Shown here: positions 60,195 through 64,000 of the stretch, piece after piece
How the letters are laid out: every line of letters starts with the position of its first letter
Position numbering within the stretch: the first letter of the stretch is position 1
IMG/VR virus record: IMGVR_UViG_3300042295_001683
Span: 1 to 64,000 of that record
DNA: 64,000 nt
Direction: 5' to 3' (one strand)
Source of the DNA: a virus
Taxonomy: Duplodnaviria > Caudoviricetes
Made by a program: the position numbers and the translations under genes
The notes under the pieces: generated by a model
Database searches by the model: none
Seen by the model: the letters and a program-made list of their open reading frames with translations, nothing else
What the model was told of the DNA's origin: nothing

Positions 60195-60440
60195 TTAGAT
60201 TGCGTCTACTTCAGGGTTTGCTTCTGTTTGCCAAATATCAAAAATGGTTTCAATCTTAAAATCTGAATGCCAGTAATGTTTAAACAGGCACTTTACGGAA
60301 TCCTCAATATAATGAATTTCTACTTCATTTGTTTCGTTGTTGTACTTTGCGAACCCACTGCCAACAACCCCGTAGTCTCTTTTTACTACTGCATACCAAT
60401 CTTGAAGTCTTGCGTTGATATGATTTACTACTGCGTTCAT
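60195..60440 (-). CDS. Small accessory protein
   Basis: After a repeated promoter/RBS unit. Confidence 0.6.
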   Translation of the reverse strand: MNAVVNHINARLQDWYAVVKRDYGVVGSGFAKYNNETNEVEIHYIEDSVKCLFKHYWHSDFKIETIFDIWQTEANPEVDAI

Positions 60441-60574
60441 GGTCGTTTACTCCTTTGTTTTGTCTGTATGAATAAAATAGTATCAGTACTAGTCGAAAGA
60501 TGTCAATAGGGTAAGCAAATTATTTTTTAGAATGTTAGTTGAATGAGGGGCGGTTAAGCCCCTGATGTGTAATA

Positions 60575-60874
60575 TTAAAAAGCGTTGTAAGCATCGTTAT
60601 ACGCTTTGTCCAATTCCGTAAAAATGGCTTTTGCTGCCAAAAACTCAGCTTTAGAAATCGCGTCTTTTTGGTAGTAGTCGTTTTGAGCTTTAGTCCAGAT
60701 AGGGTAGTAATCATCCCAAGCCTTCTTGGCATTGTCATAAGCGATTTGCTCTTCAGACTTACCACAAACACTAGTCCACAAAGCCTCTAATTGTTCTGCG
60801 GTTTCGATCAAGATAGTATTAAGTTCAGTAGTTTCTTCGTCTTCGCCAAATAGATCGAATTGGATAACAGTCAT
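60575..60874 (-). CDS. Small acidic accessory protein
   Basis: After a repeated promoter/RBS unit; QFDLF clamp-binding-like motif. Confidence 0.6.
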   Translation of the reverse strand: MTVIQFDLFGEDEETTELNTILIETAEQLEALWTSVCGKSEEQIAYDNAKKAWDDYYPIWTKAQNDYYQKDAISKAEFLAAKAIFTELDKAYNDAYNAF

Positions 60875-60975
60875 GTCGTTTACTCCTTTGTTTTGTCTAT
60901 AAGAGTAATACTATCAGTACTAAACGAAAGGTGTCAATAGGGTAGGCAAACTATTTTTTAGATCGTAATATTCCG

Positions 60976-61485
60976 TTACAAATATCCTGCGTAATCAAAC
61001 TCAAAAATAATGCTATCCAGTAGCGGCGCTTGATCGATCTGCTTTGGAGGTGGAAGTTGCTTGTATAGATCTAAAAGCTTGGCAACTTTCGCCGCCGCTA
61101 GTGATAAACCCTCACTTAGGTTTGTCTCAGTAATCGGATCAAGTCCTGCTACGTCTCTATATGCATTGATTTGATTTAGCGTAAGCCTATCTGTATTCAT
61201 GTGATCCTTTAGCAATACCCAAGATTTTTTCCTAACGTCAACTTGACGATTGAGCATCTTGGTAAACTCATCCATCGCAATATTCCGATAAATAATTATC
61301 TCTATGCCTTGATACTTGACTGGATTACCATTGATAATCGCAGGAAAATTGATGCCGCCTTCTTCTAAATCTTCATCTGGCAACATCAAGATAGAGGGTT
61401 GCACAATGTCGCCAAAATACCTGATGCCAATTAGATCGGGAATAGCAGCGAGTATGGCTGTTCTGATTTCAAGCGGTGTTTTCAC
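60976..61485 (-). CDS. Putative virion (tail terminator-like) protein
   Basis: 169-aa ORF on the structural strand; assignment by position only. Confidence 0.4.
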   Translation of the reverse strand: MKTPLEIRTAILAAIPDLIGIRYFGDIVQPSILMLPDEDLEEGGINFPAIINGNPVKYQGIEIIIYRNIAMDEFTKMLNRQVDVRKKSWVLLKDHMNTDRLTLNQINAYRDVAGLDPITETNLSEGLSLAAAKVAKLLDLYKQLPPPKQIDQAPLLDSIIFEFDYAGYL

Positions 61486-61646
61486 GATGGCAACCGATAA
61501 AGCTTTGTGCTAATATTGTAAACGCGATCGCGCATAGAGCAGATCAAGTGTTGGTGCAAGCCCAAAGGTTTAGGGTGTGGATAGTCGCCTTGTAATCGTG
61601 CCGCCTAAAAGTCTCGTCCTCCTTGTCCTAAACGCGATCGCTTTAA

Positions 61647-61764
61647 CCGAGAGTAGCTCTAAGTGGATAGAGCATCGTGAAGGTTCTGATGTCATATAAG
61701 TAGCTCTTATACTGACTAAATGGCTTGTAAGCGAAGGTTATAGGTTCAAATCCTATCTCTTGGA
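61647..61764 (+). ncRNA. tRNA-like RNA with an expanded anticodon arm
   Basis: Acceptor CCGAGAG/CTCTTGG, D-arm GCTC-TAAGTGGATA-GAGC, T-arm ATAGG-TTCAAAT-CCTAT; ~60-nt insert replaces the anticodon arm. Confidence 0.75.
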
Positions 61765-61766
61765 TT

Positions 61767-62375
61767 TTAATTAAACACAGTTTCAGCTACACAATGCGCG
61801 ATCGCTTTCTGAGTTTTAGCTAACTCTAATTTGAGCTTATCCACTTTCTTAGTTCCAATCTTTGACCACTTAAGCTCATCAACTATCTCAGCAATCCTAT
61901 CGGCGCGTAATTCGCCAAGTGTGGCGATGAGAGAGGCTTTGTCATGCAATATGGGATTATGGCCCCATTTAATCACCACGCTACTATATGGTGATGATTG
62001 CGGCATCAAGCTAATCGTAATCACAATGGTATCCGCAAAAACAGGATCAGGCGCTTTGCATTGCGAGTAAACAAAGTGGAATAAATCTTGATTACCATCG
62101 TCAAACTTTTGCCCAAAGTACTGAGATAGGCTGTCAATCAAACCATCTCTCACAGGTTTAAAAGCGATCGCCAAGCCGTCATCATCCATCGGTCTATTAG
62201 CAGCAGCAAAGCGATGAAAGTGTATGCGTAATTGTGATTTGGTATCCCAATCAAAAGCAGACTCAATCGCGCCGCCTTGCTTCAGTGATTGCTTTTCTTT
62301 GAGGTGTAGTATCCAGTTACCACGCCCGTTACTTGTGTTTTTGGGCGGTTCGTCTATGATGTATTGGATTAGCAT
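61767..62375 (-). CDS. RusA-like Holliday junction resolvase
   Basis: PPKNTSN, RPMDDDGLAIAFKPVRDGL, FDDG. Confidence 0.65.
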   Translation of the reverse strand: MLIQYIIDEPPKNTSNGRGNWILHLKEKQSLKQGGAIESAFDWDTKSQLRIHFHRFAAANRPMDDDGLAIAFKPVRDGLIDSLSQYFGQKFDDGNQDLFHFVYSQCKAPDPVFADTIVITISLMPQSSPYSSVVIKWGHNPILHDKASLIATLGELRADRIAEIVDELKWSKIGTKKVDKLKLELAKTQKAIAHCVAETVFN

Positions 62376-62940
62376 GACGCAACCTCAAAATTAACAATTT
62401 CAGACTCAATCATGTAATCAATTCCTAACTGATGTAGTGGATCGCTTGGATCGCACCAAAAGCGCCATGTAATCCAAACTTTACCAGAGCACCGAACATC
62501 AAACCAAACACGCGCAAAGTTTTCGCCATTTCTAGCAATAAATCCGTCATTACTCTTAGTAAATTTACGGCACTTGTAACCCGATTCAATCAGCTTATTT
62601 CTGATTGCTTGCAGCATTGGCTGTGCTTCTTCCTTCTCGATCTCGTATGTTGGGTTCATGGTGAAAAACTTAATATTTTGGGCGGCGCAAATCTTGGATT
62701 TTTGCATTCAAACTTGCAACTACCGAGCAAACCCAAAACTCAAAATGTTGCCAGAAATTAGGCGCAACTTGTACGCAATCATTGGCATCAACATATTCGC
62801 CAATCTCATCTAGGAATAAGAGTGTTTTACCATAGCCATAGGAGCTATCAGCGCCATAGAGTTCAGCTTCTGCTGTCACATCAGAGCAGTGGTATATTTT
62901 GCCTTGATATAGGTAATAGTCGTTAGTGTCGTTCATGATT

Positions 62941-63315
62941 CTATCTAAAAGTCTCTTTCATATTTTTTGCGAACTTCTCTGAAACTTTAGCCAGATTTTC
63001 ATTAAACTCAGTGCGGTTTAATTCGATTTTGGGCTTGCAATACCCATTATCAAAATGTTCGCAAGCTTGGCATACTTTTTTAGGGACATTAAACGTGTTG
63101 GGTTTTGAGCTTTCGGGATATATGCCAGAAAAATCTTTGATGCGACATACGGTAGAAGCGCCCTTAATCAATACTTTCAATCCGTCTTTACTGATGATAG
63201 GCTCACCAGATCCAAGGGTAAGGACGGGCTTTTTATTGCCATCTTTAAAAACCCAAATGTTTCGCATCCATCGGATTCTGCCAAAGTCAAAAACATCAAA
63301 AATGTTACTCATCAT
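62941..63315 (-). CDS. Hypothetical protein
   Basis: 124-aa ORF with a CQACEHF...C motif. Confidence 0.55.
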   Translation of the reverse strand: MMSNIFDVFDFGRIRWMRNIWVFKDGNKKPVLTLGSGEPIISKDGLKVLIKGASTVCRIKDFSGIYPESSKPNTFNVPKKVCQACEHFDNGYCKPKIELNRTEFNENLAKVSEKFAKNMKETFR

Positions 63316-63404
63316 CTATCTCCTGTTTCTTTGTTTACACCCAAAACCACTTTAATAAATACAAGTGGTGAATCAGGCTTGGTTGTTCCCTTATGTCTAG
63401 CCAT
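63312..63404 (-). pseudogene. Truncated duplicate of the 63568-63744 regulator
   Basis: MARHKGTTKPDSPLVFIKVVLGVNKETGDR*; ~80-bp near-identity to 63666-63744. Confidence 0.65.
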
Positions 63405-63567
63405 CAATCAAAAAGCTTTTGAAGCTCCCATAAAATTTTATTTGCAATAGATCGGCGATCAATCAATCCAGAGTAAACAAGGAAAAACGAAAGCCTTAAA
63501 ACAATAAGTTGAAATTGCAGTCTAACCATTTTTTTTACTTTGTTTGTAATTGCGTAGATTCCTTGCG

Positions 63568-63744
63568 TCATAGTTCTTTAGTTTTGTTTTGATTACGATA
63601 TAAAGAGATCGCATCGCGCATAGTTTTGGCTTTTGTTCCTTCAGGGAGTGATTTATACCACTCCTCTGTTTCTTTGTTTACGCCCAAAACCACTTTAATA
63701 AATACAAGTGAATCGGGCTTGGTTGTGCCTTTAGGTCTAGCCAT
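63568..63744 (-). CDS. Small RHH-like regulator (58 aa, not in the ORF track)
   Basis: MARPKGTTKPDSLVFIKVVLGVNKETEEWYKSLPEGTKAKTMRDAISLYRNQNKTKEL. Confidence 0.65.
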   Translation of the reverse strand: MARPKGTTKPDSLVFIKVVLGVNKETEEWYKSLPEGTKAKTMRDAISLYRNQNKTKEL

Positions 63745-63919
63745 TGATTTGTTTTTTTCCGTTTGCGTCGTAACCTTTAGCAGCTAGCCATTTTTCAGCA
63801 CCTTTGCGGGTTTTGAATGACTTGGATTGAGTAAGTGTCAATGCTTCAAATGTTCCGTCACTATCTTCAAAAATTCCAGTGGTTAATGATTCGTTATTGC
63901 CTAAATCTAAAACTTGCAT
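63737..63919 (-). CDS. Small phage protein
   Basis: FEALTLTQSKSFKTRKGAEKWLA; AAAGGA RBS; promoter TTGACA(63982)-17-TAATTT. Confidence 0.7.
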   Translation of the reverse strand: MQVLDLGNNESLTTGIFEDSDGTFEALTLTQSKSFKTRKGAEKWLAAKGYDANGKKQING

Positions 63920-64000
63920 CGCTTTTTCCTTTGTGTTATTTGCTATAAATTAAAAATTACCACTAATAAATAATTTTGTCAACCACCAAATAATAAATAC

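Larger units (their letters stand above)
59043..60962 (-). repeat. Three copies of a promoter-RBS unit
   Basis: TTGACA-18-TA(C/G)TAT...CAAAGGAGTAAACGAC-ATG at ~59043-59099, ~60442-60506 and ~60875-60937. Confidence 0.85.

Noticed and set aside
1-64000. Frequent GCGATCGC palindromes as a novel repeat system
   Set aside because: This is the known cyanobacterial HIP1 motif; it was used only as a host indicator.

Overview
This 64-kb window is part of a large temperate siphovirus-like phage, prophage or phage-plasmid of a cyanobacterium. The host assignment rests on the dense HIP1 octamer GCGATCGC and a cyanobacterial-type CRISPR leader. Core phage content: three DNA methyltransferases, a DUF4373-type initiator with an internal iteron origin, DnaB, Bet, dCTP deaminase, antirepressors, a RusA-like resolvase, and a tail module (tube, frameshifted chaperones, tape measure, distal tail genes) that is broken up by accessory islands. 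Two CRISPR-derived systems stand out. (1) At 11989-15978 is an array-less type IV-B-like operon (cas11-like, csf2, csf3, cysH) with no recognisable csf1 but with an added cupin and a Myxan-type cas6. (2) At 46614-48917 is a compact type V-U2/C2c8-like TnpB-family nuclease whose ORF reads through the CRISPR leader and stops inside the first repeat of a 5-repeat mini-array ending in a 13-nt spacer, with a divergent HTH regulator. Other notable items: a tRNA-like RNA with a ~60-nt hairpin in place of the anticodon arm, a two-frame (M.EcoHK31I-like) C5 methyltransferase, orphan antitoxin-like genes, and a dispersed family of 'strong promoter - variable gene - small DNA-binding gene' cassettes resembling acr-aca operons. 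All family assignments come from motif recognition by eye; no database searches were run.
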